Shown one piece after another: positions 1 through 11,000 of a stretch of 64,000 nucleotides of DNA; positions within the stretch are counted from its first letter, which is position 1; each line of letters opens with the position of its first letter. The notes below the pieces were generated by a model. It was not told where the DNA came from and did not search any database. It saw only the letters and a program-made list of their open reading frames with translations. The stretch is taken from IMG/VR virus record IMGVR_UViG_3300032087_004307, positions 1,738 through 65,737 of that record. One strand, written 5' to 3'. Made by a program: the position numbers and the translations under genes. This stretch comes from a virus (lineage: Duplodnaviria > Caudoviricetes).

Positions 1-13
1 TCAATCTAGTGAC

Positions 14-388
14 ATGCGTAAAGTATCTCAATCGGCCATGGAACCAGTATTTCCAGAATGGGACGGTAAACCTGTATACAGATGTAAAGTTATGAAGTAC
101 GAAAAAGGTGAGTATGTTCGTGAACACAGAGACGCAGAATGGATGTGTATGAGTAACTATTGGGCTCCTGGCACAAACAAAAGTTCAGATTCTGTTATGA
201 TAATTCCACTTAACGATGATTATCAAGGTGGTGAATTTACTGTTGATAGACAGGTAATCCCTCAAGAAGTAGGAAGTGTTATTCAGGTTCCTTGTGATGC
301 TTTAGACAGACAAAATAATCCCAAACATGGCGTAAAAACAGTAAAATCAGGTACAAGATACAGTTTAGTATTTTGGAATTTTAAATAA
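14..388 (+). CDS. 2OG-Fe(II) oxygenase (prolyl-4-hydroxylase-like); may extend past the left window edge
   Basis: HxD (EHRD), YQGGEF, distal His (KHGV) and RxS (TRYSLVFW) motifs; frame is open back to nt 2. Confidence 0.8.
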   Translation: MRKVSQSAMEPVFPEWDGKPVYRCKVMKYEKGEYVREHRDAEWMCMSNYWAPGTNKSSDSVMIIPLNDDYQGGEFTVDRQVIPQEVGSVIQVPCDALDRQNNPKHGVKTVKSGTRYSLVFWNFK

Positions 389-847
389 TTTATTAAACCA
401 TGCAACTAGAGATATTCTAGTTCCTTCTTCAATTTTAGTTACTTCATGATATTCTGTAGATGGAAATAATATAGTTTGTCCTACATTTAATTTTACAACT
501 TTATCATTAATTTTTAAAACTCCGCCTTTTAAATCAGGGCTTTCATAAATTAATGTAGTTGAAGACCAAATTCTCTTATTATTACCTTTTGCAATATCTT
601 TATGTTTTGTAAAGTAAGAGCCTTTTTTATATATCAATAGTTCTATTTGGCATACGTTACAATCATCAATACAAGAATTTAATTTTTCAGTTATATCCCA
701 AAAACCCTCCATGGTGAGATAAACTTTGTCTGTTACTCTGGATTTAGATAATCCTCTACTAGTCTTTGCTGGAATAGGATCTGTGTTTATAGCTCTTTCA
801 TAAAGTCTTTTTAATTCGTTAGACGTTAATATTGTTCTATATTTCAT
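365..847 (-). CDS. 2OG-Fe(II) oxygenase (P4H-like)
   Basis: YxxGxYFTKHKD, GGxL, LFPSxxYHEV, GTRISLVAW motifs. Confidence 0.88.
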   Translation of the reverse strand: MKYRTILTSNELKRLYERAINTDPIPAKTSRGLSKSRVTDKVYLTMEGFWDITEKLNSCIDDCNVCQIELLIYKKGSYFTKHKDIAKGNNKRIWSSTTLIYESPDLKGGVLKINDKVVKLNVGQTILFPSTEYHEVTKIEEGTRISLVAWFNKLFKIPKY

Positions 848-1442
848 TTAAAATAGTGTCTATAATTTCCCAATTATCTTCTGCTTTACCATAATTATTT
901 GCGGCACCAACAAAGTCTCCGTCATTTGGTCTTATAATTTTAGGATATATTTTTCCTCTATACCTAGTTGGATATGGCCAGGAAAAATCAAATGTTACTT
1001 TGGTTACAGCATGTTCAGTATTAAGTTCTAAATCATGATAGTCATTATAACGGTGGAACATAGTTTCGCCTGGATTTAAAGTTTTTCTAGCCATTTCTAT
1101 AACTTCAACATTTTCGTGAATAGTAAAATTGCCTCCATCAGTCCAGCACTCTACCCATTCTTCTCTGTATTCTGCTGGGTTGCTTACTGGCTTTATGTCG
1201 TATAATATATTATCATAACTACCATATATTGCTTCTGATGTGAAGTTCTCTCTGTGTGTATGCACATATTTGGAAATGGCTTTTATATATTTGTCTGAAT
1301 AAAAATTTATAAATGTTTGATCTTTCATACATAATCTGATACAACCTAAGCCATGATAATAAGGTTGCAATGGACTACCTACACCACTATGCCGTTGGTC
1401 TTCTTCATCAACAATGTTTTTTCTTAAGTAGTCAATATCCAT
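837..1442 (-). CDS. Cupin-fold metalloprotein (putative dioxygenase)
   Basis: VHTHRENFTSEAIYGSY and LNPGETMF...YHDL match the two cupin motifs. Confidence 0.55.
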   Translation of the reverse strand: MDIDYLRKNIVDEEDQRHSGVGSPLQPYYHGLGCIRLCMKDQTFINFYSDKYIKAISKYVHTHRENFTSEAIYGSYDNILYDIKPVSNPAEYREEWVECWTDGGNFTIHENVEVIEMARKTLNPGETMFHRYNDYHDLELNTEHAVTKVTFDFSWPYPTRYRGKIYPKIIRPNDGDFVGAANNYGKAEDNWEIIDTILNEI

Positions 1443-1944
1443 ATTTGTATTCTGTTTTAAAAAAGTTATAAAATCTTTCTGTATGCCTGATTTTTAAATT
1501 ATGGTGTCTAATTAGTTTATCTATTTCTATTCTGTTAAAAAATAAATCTTCATAATACCAAATTTTATCGGTTGCTGTGGCTTCCAAACGATTAAAAGTA
1601 TCGTAATAAAAGTCCCTGATACCTTTTAATTCTGGTATGCTGTCATCTTGTTTATACTTGTCAACAAAGTTTCTGGATTGTTGTGCCTGTTTATAACTTT
1701 GAAATCCTGCTTCTTTATCCTTCCTGCTTATGTAAATTACTTTATCATAATTATTTATTGTTTGTTCCCAATTATCTTTATGATTTACTAAACTTTTAAC
1801 AATATGTTCTCCCTGTATTGTTACTGGATTCCATTTACTCCAGGGCTCGTAATAAGAATGATATTCAAAATAATTGCTGGAGATTGCCTGATACAAAGCA
1901 CCAGATCCGGATCTAGGAGTTGCTAGTATTAATAAATTTTTCAT
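1432..1944 (-). CDS. Sulfotransferase-family protein
   Basis: N-terminal PAPS-binding loop ILATPRSGS, then YEP, IYISRKD...S and WYYEDL. Confidence 0.75.
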   Translation of the reverse strand: MKNLLILATPRSGSGALYQAISSNYFEYHSYYEPWSKWNPVTIQGEHIVKSLVNHKDNWEQTINNYDKVIYISRKDKEAGFQSYKQAQQSRNFVDKYKQDDSIPELKGIRDFYYDTFNRLEATATDKIWYYEDLFFNRIEIDKLIRHHNLKIRHTERFYNFFKTEYKYGY

Positions 1945-2432
1945 GCTTTTAACTTTATTAAGTCACTTAGCAATATGGGATAAGTCCATTTTCGTTCTTT
2001 ATATTTTGTATCTTTTCTGGCAAATATTTGTGTGACTTTAAAAAGTCTGGGATTTATTTCTATTGCTTCTCGGCCGTGATAATCATTGTCTTTTTGTCGC
2101 CAAAGTTTATATCTGGTAATCTCTTCATCAAAATAATATATATCATCCGTACATTCGTTAAATCTGGAAATATGTTTGAATAAATTTGTGTTTGGGCTCA
2201 ACACAGGATCTAATGGAAGTGGAAACAGATTGCGGTATTTTCTATATACATCTAACACCTGTTTTCCTATTTCAGGTGTAACTTCGCCTATAATGGTAAT
2301 ATCAACATCAGGTGTTTCATTATAGGGAAAATTTCCCATTAGGTAAATATCATGATCTGGAAATTGTTCTATTAATTTATCGCTTTGTATAAGTTCAATA
2401 AAATCATCCAGTTGTTGGCGCATAGTCTCCAC
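1941..2432 (-). CDS. Putative pol-beta-superfamily minimal nucleotidyltransferase-like protein
   Basis: IYLMGNF...PDVDITI resembles hG[GS]x(n)DxD; degenerate, so tentative. Confidence 0.4.
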   Translation of the reverse strand: METMRQQLDDFIELIQSDKLIEQFPDHDIYLMGNFPYNETPDVDITIIGEVTPEIGKQVLDVYRKYRNLFPLPLDPVLSPNTNLFKHISRFNECTDDIYYFDEEITRYKLWRQKDNDYHGREAIEINPRLFKVTQIFARKDTKYKERKWTYPILLSDLIKLKA

Positions 2433-3825
2433 TTACTGTACTCTTAACTGTTGTGTCTGTATGGTACACATAATACCAACCAGGATTAGTTCCCAGATAT
2501 ACTGGATCTACATCTTCCTTTTGATAAGTTGCACCAGTTACTTCCTGGCATGTTCTTCCGTCTTCAGTCTGAGCTTGTAGCATTGCTTCTATAGGTGCCC
2601 AATGAGAGACTCCTGTGGCATCGTCTGTGAGATATATTGGGTGGTCATTTGTTATGTGTAAACCATCCATATCCCAATAACCAGGTCTGTTATGTGTTCT
2701 GGCTTCTGTGACTTCAACATATTGATCAGCAACTGTGGTATCTTCTAGATCACCTCTGGCTAAAATTTTATCTCCCACAACAATGTCACCTATTCTTACA
2801 AGACCACTTCCTTCCTTATATACTTTCATATCTGGCATAATACATGTAAAGCTCGGATATTCGTATGCGTCTGCCTCTAAATCTAGGACGCCAAGGGCAC
2901 TATTATAAGTGTGTATTTGATCATCCTGTCCATTTATTCTAATCTGTAATGCGGCATATCCACTGCTACCGCCGTCTAAAATTGTTTGGCCATCTTCACC
3001 TTCATCAACATTAGTATGAACACCTAAAGAGTTGTAACAAATATTGCCACCACTGCCTCCTAAAATTGCAGGAGTAATCTCTTTCCAAGCACCAGTCCAG
3101 TCACCACTACTAAGGCTATTAGGAATCACAAATTCTTGCTGATTACTATAACTTCCACCAGGCTGAATTCTGGCATATACTCCATCGCCTATTGCATCAG
3201 CATCTCCTTGATAAGTTATACTAACATCTTCTAATATCCATCGAGCTTCTATTTTTGTACACTGAGTTCTTTTACTGTTCCACAGGCCTAGGCCAATACT
3301 TGTAGTACCAGTGGTTGCCGGGCCGCTATAACTATGATCTAGCATTTTTATCAGATCAGCATAATAGTAAAATGTACTACCTCCATAGGTAAAAGAGGAC
3401 TGACTGGTAGCAAAATGTATATTCATTGTGGTTGTTGCTTTAGCATTACCGGTACTGTCGACATCAGTATGAGTAAAGTAACTACTACCAACAGAGGTTG
3501 CTTTATTTCCATTTTCACCCAAAAGTCTCCCTAATGTAAATCCCCAAAGACTGTAAAATTCTGATATTTTAGGGTCGGCAGGTAATTCAGCAAGAGTGTA
3601 CGACCACATACCTGTACCTGGATTAAACGTGGCGGCGGTGGCGTTTTGATATGTTTCAAAAGGAATATTTATATATGCAGAACCACCTGACAGATAATCG
3701 TTATAACTATCACTAGCCAATCCACGTAATGATACATTTGTTGCGGCAGGAAATGTACTAGGGTTACCCAGTTTCTCTAGTAATATATCCCTCATGGATA
3801 TTTCTCCTGATGCTGGTAATGTCAT
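2404..3825 (-). CDS. Fibre-associated virion protein with C-terminal Hint (intein/hedgehog-like) domain
   Basis: N-terminus MTLPASGEISMRDI typical of proteins following fibre genes; Hint block A CIMPDMKV (Cys328), RIGDIVVGD, block B ITNDHP. Confidence 0.65.
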   Translation of the reverse strand: MTLPASGEISMRDILLEKLGNPSTFPAATNVSLRGLASDSYNDYLSGGSAYINIPFETYQNATAATFNPGTGMWSYTLAELPADPKISEFYSLWGFTLGRLLGENGNKATSVGSSYFTHTDVDSTGNAKATTTMNIHFATSQSSFTYGGSTFYYYADLIKMLDHSYSGPATTGTTSIGLGLWNSKRTQCTKIEARWILEDVSITYQGDADAIGDGVYARIQPGGSYSNQQEFVIPNSLSSGDWTGAWKEITPAILGGSGGNICYNSLGVHTNVDEGEDGQTILDGGSSGYAALQIRINGQDDQIHTYNSALGVLDLEADAYEYPSFTCIMPDMKVYKEGSGLVRIGDIVVGDKILARGDLEDTTVADQYVEVTEARTHNRPGYWDMDGLHITNDHPIYLTDDATGVSHWAPIEAMLQAQTEDGRTCQEVTGATYQKEDVDPVYLGTNPGWYYVYHTDTTVKSTVSGDYAPTTG

Positions 3826-3826
3826 A

Positions 3827-6800
3827 TTACTTCTCGTTTAGTTGGCGTTTTAAGTCGTCTACTTCTGCTTTTAAATCTTTTATAGACTCTATTAACAAGC
3901 CTACCATTTTTTCGTATTTAACTGCCAACATACCATCTTCACGTTCTGTTACAACTTCTGGTAATACCTTTTGTACTTCCTGTGCTATAACACCAGTGTC
4001 ATGTCCTTCATATACGTCTTGCTTGTCGTTCCAATCGAACTCAACACCACGTATTTTTGTTAATTTTTCTAATGCATTTTCAATTGGTTTAACATTGTCT
4101 TTTAATCTTTCATCTGAACTATAATAAGCAACAACGTCGCCTGTGGATCTGACCAATCCAAATTGTACTGTACTTGTTGTATCAGTTGCTTGGTTTGAAC
4201 TATACGTTGTATAACCAGGTCCATTTGTAAATTGGTTTAAATTTGAATAAGTTGTATTGGTATCCGTCCAAGGTACATTAACATACATTTGACCACTTGA
4301 TAATTCAACTGGATAGTTTTTACCATTCTCGGAATATCCAATTTTAACAAGACCTAATGTACTAGAAGTTGCTTGTGAATAAGTTGTATCTGTATATGAA
4401 GTTAAATATCTACCGTCTAAATCTACAACATGGTTACTAATTCCAGACATTGATAATGTTAATTGTCCGTTGCCACTATTCCATGTAACACCATCAACAT
4501 AATAGTTATCGTTGGTGTCGGTATTTACTACCGTTTCAGTTCCGTGTGTTAGACCGGTAACATGACCAAATTCATCAAATGTTAATCCTGTAACATACCT
4601 TCTACCACTTGCAGTTAAATCACTAACACTTGAGGTATCTTTATGACTAAACACAGTTCCGTTAAGTTCCAGGCCATTTCCACTAGCAGTATATGTTGTG
4701 TTAGTATTTGTGTCTACCCAAGGAACATTAACATACGCCTGCCCACTTGCATTTAGTTCAATAGGATAATTTTTACCGCTTTCTGGGAATCCAATTTTTA
4801 CAAGTCCTAATGTACCGCTTGATGCTGTTGAATAAGTTGTATTTGTATCTGTCCAGGGAACATTTACAAATGCTTGAGCACTTCCATTAAGTTCTAATGG
4901 ATAATTTTTCCCATTCTCAGTATAACCAATTTTTAATATACCTGCAGTACTGCTGGTTGCTGTACTATATATAGTATCTGTTGTACTATATCTGCCATCT
5001 AGATCTACTGTTTGGTTTGTTGTACCATTTACACTTGCTGTTAATACACCAGTACTAGTATTAAAAGATAAACCGTCTACATAATAATTTGCTGTACTTA
5101 CTGATCCGAAACTAAATGTACCGTCACCGTCAGATTGTAGAACCTGTCCTGCTGAATTAGTTGAGTCTATGTCAGTAAGGTTTACAAGTGTTGTAACACC
5201 TGAAGGCAATGCTGTTGCCTCCCATCTGTTATTAGATCCATTCCAAATAAGAGCTTGTTGGTCGGATGGGCTACTATAACTTACATCTGACAAATCTGTT
5301 AAATCAGCCGCTCCAATTCTGGCATCTGCTCTAGCATTTGTGTAGTATAAATTTGTGCCTTCTGATAAATTAGTTGTTGACTTGGTAGCCAAACTTGTAT
5401 CTGCAGGTGTGAATGTAAAAGTACCGTTTCCATTATTATATGTTAAAGCACCATTACCACTTGCACTATTACTTGTTACACTAAAATTACTGTATGTTGT
5501 AATATCTGTATAAGTACTACCATCATTTGTAAACTGCCATTTGTCTGTGCTTTCGTTCCATCTGAGTCTTACATTTGTAGAACTTCCGCGTTCAACTTCT
5601 ATTCCTGCATTTTCGCTTGGTGTTCCTGTTACATCACTGTTAAGTGTTATTTCATTATCTGCAACACTTAAAGTTGCGGAGTTGACCGTTGTTTGTGTAC
5701 CAGTTACATTAAGATTTCCTGATATTACTACATTTTGGCTAAAGTTTGTGTCATTAGAAAATGTTTTTACACCAGCAATAGTTTGAGCACCACTTGTTCT
5801 AACAACTGTATTATCTACATCTGTAGTTAAAGTTGTACCTGATGCAGATGTTGTTATACCATCACCGCCTGTAAATGTCATTGATGCACTATCTACTGTA
5901 GCATTACCAATTATTACTGCACCTGTGCCTGAGTCACCACCAAAGTCTAAGTCTTGTGCTTTATCTTGAGTTTCAACATAACTCTTTAAGGTAGCAATTT
6001 CTGTATCTACAAAAGTTTTTACTGCTCTTTGTGTAGGTAATTTGTTGTCACTATTAGAAGATAATGAACCAGAGCTATCAAAGTCTGTTATCGATATTGA
6101 ACCGTCAAATAAATCACCAAATGTAATTCTTCCGCTAAATGTTCCATTTATAGCACTACCAATACTTCCTGAATTTATTTGTAAGACATTATCTGTTAAT
6201 GTTGCACCATATATTGTGGCATTACTTCTAATGGTTTGGTTTACTTGTAAATGATTAGTAATATTAACATTGCCTGTTAAATTTGAATTACCTGTTACTG
6301 ATAATATTTCACCTACATTTACGTTTGCGTTAGCATGTACGTCATATGTATAAAGATCTGCAAAAGCCTTTTCTGAATTCCCTAAAATACCTAAATTGTC
6401 TGTTGCAGTTTCTATTTCTGCTTGACCACCGTCGCCTAATTTTACTCTTTGTGCAAAAAGTGTATCAAAGTATTGTGTAGAACTTCCTAAAGTTAAAGAA
6501 CCTGGTGAACCAGTAGGTATAAAACTAATATCGTCAGTAATAATACTTGCCGCTGATACAACCTGACCTGCTCTAAATAGGGCATTTGCCTTTTGAGCAG
6601 TAATGGCTTCTGTTGCCAAATTAACTGCTTCAGCAACATAGTCTTTACGCAAGTTCATACCTTTATTAATAATTACACCAATACCACCTGTAGCATTTAA
6701 TTCTGCATAGTAATTTATGCTGTCGCCTTCTGAATTTGATATTACATTATCTGCTGTAAAGGTTGCATCATGGTTAAATATAGCCATGATTGTTTCACCA

Positions 6801-7372
6801 TTTGTACTGGTACCGTATAATTCATTACTTGTGGAATTGTTTACATAAACTAATGCCATACATGGATGAACTCTTCCTGAAGTATCTTTTAAAAATATTG
6901 CTCTAACTTTAGCACCAAATTTTGTAGGGTTATGTACTAAACTATCACCTGATAATGCACTTGTTTCTTCACCTGCATACCCTGTAGGTTTCCAACTAGC
7001 ACCATCATAAATGTAAAATTTATTATTAGAGGTATCAAAATATCTTTCCCCTATAATAGGAGTAAGTCTTGTAGGTGCTGAATTAGTTACTAATGGTTCT
7101 AAATTTACCCATTCGCCTGATGTTCCTTTATAAACTCTTAATACATTATCTGTTTTGTCATACCATAGTTGGCCAGTTAAAACTGTTCCAGCCGTAGGTG
7201 CAGATATACTTGCAAAATTTTCTAATAGTTGAACATCATTTCTCGCAATCTCGTCTGCATAATTTTCTGCATTAGTTCCTATCATTGACACTGATAGGGT
7301 ACTACTGTCAATGACGCCGTCTTGTATTGTAAATTTTAAACTACTATCTGTATTGTTTACTGAATATGGCAT
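3827..7372 (-). CDS. Tail fibre with C-terminal peptidase S74 intramolecular chaperone
   Basis: GQLWYD baseplate-attachment region, G/S/T/N-rich repeats, SDERLKDNV...GVIAQEV...KYEKMVGLLIESIKDL. Confidence 0.88.
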   Translation of the reverse strand: MPYSVNNTDSSLKFTIQDGVIDSSTLSVSMIGTNAENYADEIARNDVQLLENFASISAPTAGTVLTGQLWYDKTDNVLRVYKGTSGEWVNLEPLVTNSAPTRLTPIIGERYFDTSNNKFYIYDGASWKPTGYAGEETSALSGDSLVHNPTKFGAKVRAIFLKDTSGRVHPCMALVYVNNSTSNELYGTSTNGETIMAIFNHDATFTADNVISNSEGDSINYYAELNATGGIGVIINKGMNLRKDYVAEAVNLATEAITAQKANALFRAGQVVSAASIITDDISFIPTGSPGSLTLGSSTQYFDTLFAQRVKLGDGGQAEIETATDNLGILGNSEKAFADLYTYDVHANANVNVGEILSVTGNSNLTGNVNITNHLQVNQTIRSNATIYGATLTDNVLQINSGSIGSAINGTFSGRITFGDLFDGSISITDFDSSGSLSSNSDNKLPTQRAVKTFVDTEIATLKSYVETQDKAQDLDFGGDSGTGAVIIGNATVDSASMTFTGGDGITTSASGTTLTTDVDNTVVRTSGAQTIAGVKTFSNDTNFSQNVVISGNLNVTGTQTTVNSATLSVADNEITLNSDVTGTPSENAGIEVERGSSTNVRLRWNESTDKWQFTNDGSTYTDITTYSNFSVTSNSASGNGALTYNNGNGTFTFTPADTSLATKSTTNLSEGTNLYYTNARADARIGAADLTDLSDVSYSSPSDQQALIWNGSNNRWEATALPSGVTTLVNLTDIDSTNSAGQVLQSDGDGTFSFGSVSTANYYVDGLSFNTSTGVLTASVNGTTNQTVDLDGRYSTTDTIYSTATSSTAGILKIGYTENGKNYPLELNGSAQAFVNVPWTDTNTTYSTASSGTLGLVKIGFPESGKNYPIELNASGQAYVNVPWVDTNTNTTYTASGNGLELNGTVFSHKDTSSVSDLTASGRRYVTGLTFDEFGHVTGLTHGTETVVNTDTNDNYYVDGVTWNSGNGQLTLSMSGISNHVVDLDGRYLTSYTDTTYSQATSSTLGLVKIGYSENGKNYPVELSSGQMYVNVPWTDTNTTYSNLNQFTNGPGYTTYSSNQATDTTSTVQFGLVRSTGDVVAYYSSDERLKDNVKPIENALEKLTKIRGVEFDWNDKQDVYEGHDTGVIAQEVQKVLPEVVTEREDGMLAVKYEKMVGLLIESIKDLKAEVDDLKRQLNEK
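4250..4970 (-). repeat. Three copies of a ~45-aa fibre module (ATSSTLGLVKIGYxENGKNYPxEL...VNVPWTDTNT)
   Basis: Visible in the translation of 3827..7372; a fourth copy lies at ~57090-57230 in another gene. Confidence 0.85.
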
Positions 7373-7384
7373 ATTAATCTTCTA

Positions 7385-8023
7385 TTAACTTAATTGTATC
7401 CTTACGGTATAAATAATTTCTATAATTCTGTTTTGTGATTTCTGTACTGGGTGGAATACCACGTGTGTTAGCATTTTACTTGTTGTTATATTTGTATTAT
7501 CTGTCGGATAACTAAAAAGTGCCAACTCATCAAATACATAACTTCCATCATTATCTGTACTACTATCAAATAAATCTTGATCGCTTGGCTCTGCGTAACC
7601 CAATGTACATGTAATTTTTAAATCTGTAAATGATGATCCGGATACTACTTCAATTTTGTCTGTTGAAGTATTATTACTTATAATTTTATTATATGATCTT
7701 GAATACAAATCAGCACTTGCTTCAAAACTTTCACTAACACGTGGCGATTTATATACAACTTTACCTGCTGTATCAACACTCGTACCGCCATTACCAAATG
7801 CCATAAAATGTATTTTAGCATTATCTCGTGCAGTCGAATCTCCACCTAGTGCATTTGCAACACCATTTGCCATGTTACCATAGTGAATAGCATTCCTTTT
7901 GTTTACAAGTTCCTCACCTGTTTCTTTATCGCGAATCAGTATGTGACCGTTCATACCTATTCCAGCATGTTCATTAACTGCTTCTGGTTTTTCATTTTTC
8001 ATTTCTTCGCCTTCTTGTTTCAT
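7385..8023 (-). CDS. Virion structural (baseplate/tail-collar-like) protein; start probably 8023 (or 8002) rather than 8038
   Basis: GHILIRD...VNKRNAIH, MAFGNGG, FDELALF, HPVQKSxNR...YTVRI; the track start overlaps the late promoter. Confidence 0.65.
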   Translation of the reverse strand: MKQEGEEMKNEKPEAVNEHAGIGMNGHILIRDKETGEELVNKRNAIHYGNMANGVANALGGDSTARDNAKIHFMAFGNGGTSVDTAGKVVYKSPRVSESFEASADLYSRSYNKIISNNTSTDKIEVVSGSSFTDLKITCTLGYAEPSDQDLFDSSTDNDGSYVFDELALFSYPTDNTNITTSKMLTHVVFHPVQKSQNRIIEIIYTVRIQLS

Positions 8024-8028
8024 AACAC

Positions 8029-8036
8029 TATTTATC
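8029..8036 (-). promoter_or_regulatory. Late promoter GATAAATA
   Basis: Variant of T4 late TATAAATA; ATG 5 nt downstream. Confidence 0.7.
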
Positions 8037-8056
8037 ATCTTCGTTATACCCTGTTT

Positions 8057-11000
8057 TTATTCACGACCATGTAGGAATCGCATTATACTTGAACTATCAC
8101 TAACATTAGCATTTCCTAAGTCTGCTAAACTAACAGCACCATTATCTAACCAAACATTGCTTGATGTTGGGTATTTTTTAAATTGTTCTGAGCTGTTTGC
8201 ATTTATTACCTCAGTACCTGATGCCCAATCTTGTATAGATGTTCCGTTTGTTCCTCTAGTTAAACCAGATAGTTTGTTTGTGTTAGTATTTCTTTTTGTA
8301 TACTCAATTCTTTCTGATCCCACCCATATAATACCTGGAATTCTTGCTAAAGGTTTTGCAAGTACACTTGCATTAGCAACTGTTATTTCATTACTATATG
8401 TGTATAAATTTGCTGAAGTTGTAGTTGTTGTACTTCCATCTTGTTTAATTCTAATAAATTCTGAGTCACCGTATATATTATTTGTGATTTGATATTTAAC
8501 TGTTGAGGCATTTGCACTTGCACTACTTAAACTAGTATTACCTTGTAAATGTTTATGCGATGTAACTCTAAATATTAATGTCTCTAATGGCTCAACCATA
8601 ACAAGTTCTTGTGGTCTTTCTTCACCATATAATACACGTTTAAATGTTACCCCATCAAATCCTTCGTATACTGTTCCATCTCTTTCAAAACTTACTTGAT
8701 TGCCTGCAATAGCGGTATTAAATACACCTTGATAATTTTTTACATCAACTTGTAAATCTATAGGACCACTATTCCATTTAGTTCTATTAAATCCTATTTG
8801 TGATTGGAACGTATTAGTATCAACACCAAATGCTTTATTAAATAAATCTCCATCAATTGTTTCACCTAGGAAATTACCGCCTGTAGCAATTTGTATCAAA
8901 GACAATGTTTTATTTAAACTACCACTATTGACAACTGCTGTGATGTTTGCTATACTACTACTTAGATTAGCACTATTGATTACATTTGTATTTGATACTG
9001 CATCAGTTATACTATAATATGTATTTAATTCTGCCGCAAACTGTGTTTGAATAGCAGGATTAAATTTAAATGCTCTTTCAGAAGCAGTTACAAGTGTGTT
9101 TGCTTGTACATCTGCATTTGATTGTACTGTTAATGTAACCATGTTTCTGGCGATCGCACTATTGGCCGTATCTGCTACTGGAATTACACTAACATTACTG
9201 CCTAGTGCTGACCAGTTTGTACTACTAAAGGAGGAGGCTCCTGCAATGTCTATATTTGCTTTGTAGTATGTTCCATTATTGACTACATATGAGTTGCGTG
9301 GGTAGGTTGCGTTAGCCGTCCATGTAGCAATATTAACTGCTGGTAGATAGTCATGTGGTAATAATTGATAATCCACTCTATCAAATTTAATTGTTGTATT
9401 ACTGTGCCTTATTGGGTCTAAAGATTTATTAGATATACTGTAATAGTTTGTATATGCATTGTTAGTTTGTATAATATTTGAATCTGCTTGTACAAAGTCG
9501 TCTAATATCCTTACATTACCTGTAACAGGGTCTGCATAAGGTGGTTTATCAAAGTCACTTACTGCATTCGTTCCAATTTTTTCTCTAATAGGCGATTTAC
9601 CATCTTTATATTCTCTAACTTTTGCTGTATATGGTTTTACTTCATCAAAATACTGTAATACTTTGTCAAAATTATCAACTTTAAAGCCATTAATTTCGAT
9701 TAAGTCCTCTTCTTCTTTTTCTACAAACACATAACTAGTTTTAAATGCCCAATCTAATTGCTTTTGTTCAGTATATGCATATTTCATAAGTGCAAAGAAC
9801 AGTTTGTTCCATAAATTGGTTCCTGCAAACACATTATCACGTAATGCAACTAATAAAAGCCTTAATTCACTACTTAATGTGTTGTTTGTGTTGTCTGTAT
9901 ATATAGAAGTTTTTAATCTTACATTATCGTTTTGAATTGATATTAAGTCAAACGTTTTAGTTGCAGAAATGTACTTATGTAAAGAATAATACTCTGAATT
10001 AGGACCTTTTACCTGTACAATAGTATTGTCAGGTATGCTTTGTAATGTATCTAGTTCTTGAACACTATTTACTTTATAGATTGGTTTAAATGTTGCATCA
10101 TATCTTACTTTCTTATTGGTTCCTGCGTCTACATATTGCGTACCGTACCAATTTACTGTTTCAATGTATGTTCTTGAAGCAGGTATGCCGTTATCCCAAT
10201 CTGGATAATTAGTTGATAACTGTAAGTCTGCTAATATTTCATTTAAAGTATAATGTAACACTTGTCTAGCACCTTTTAGGTCTTTAAACATACTTTGTCT
10301 AGGTCTAAATTTAACTCCATATGCTTCTACTTCACTTAAAAGTGGATCTGGGACTGCTTGACCTAGTGCATCAGTACCTGCTAAACTGTCAATAAGTTTG
10401 TCACTTAAATCTTCAGGAATTATGCTGTTGTTGTCATCTTGTCTAAGCAGTTTCCATGCTGTATGTTTTTGTCCTACAGGATTTAAGTTTCTGCTAAAGT
10501 TAATCTGTAAGTTTTGCTCATCTTCTCTTAATAATGGAGCAATATTACTTAACACCATTGCTTTATCACTTACAAAACTGATTAGAGGCAGTCCAGCACC
10601 AATAGGATCTGCTAGATATTTTGCTAATGTAAAGGTATCGTACTCTCTTCCTAATTCTTCAATAGCAGTATTTTCTAAATCTGTTTTATTCTGTACCCAG
10701 AAGTAGTAATAGTTGGCATACCTTCCATTTACTGGATTAATTCTTCTCTCTACAACAAACTCTGAATTGTTTTTAGGTGTACCAGTACCATTATAATTTA
10801 CAGGAGGTACAATATCCTCTACCCATTCAAATAATGTAATACCACTACCAGGGAAGGCTTGTCCCCAATTTAACCATCTGTCACGATTTGTGCCTTGCTC
10901 ATACCATTTGTAAGCAATAGTGCTTGTATTCCACCAAACTTTACCGATATCTTTTCTACCAAAACCAGTTCTTGCATTATTATATACTACAGGGTCGCTT

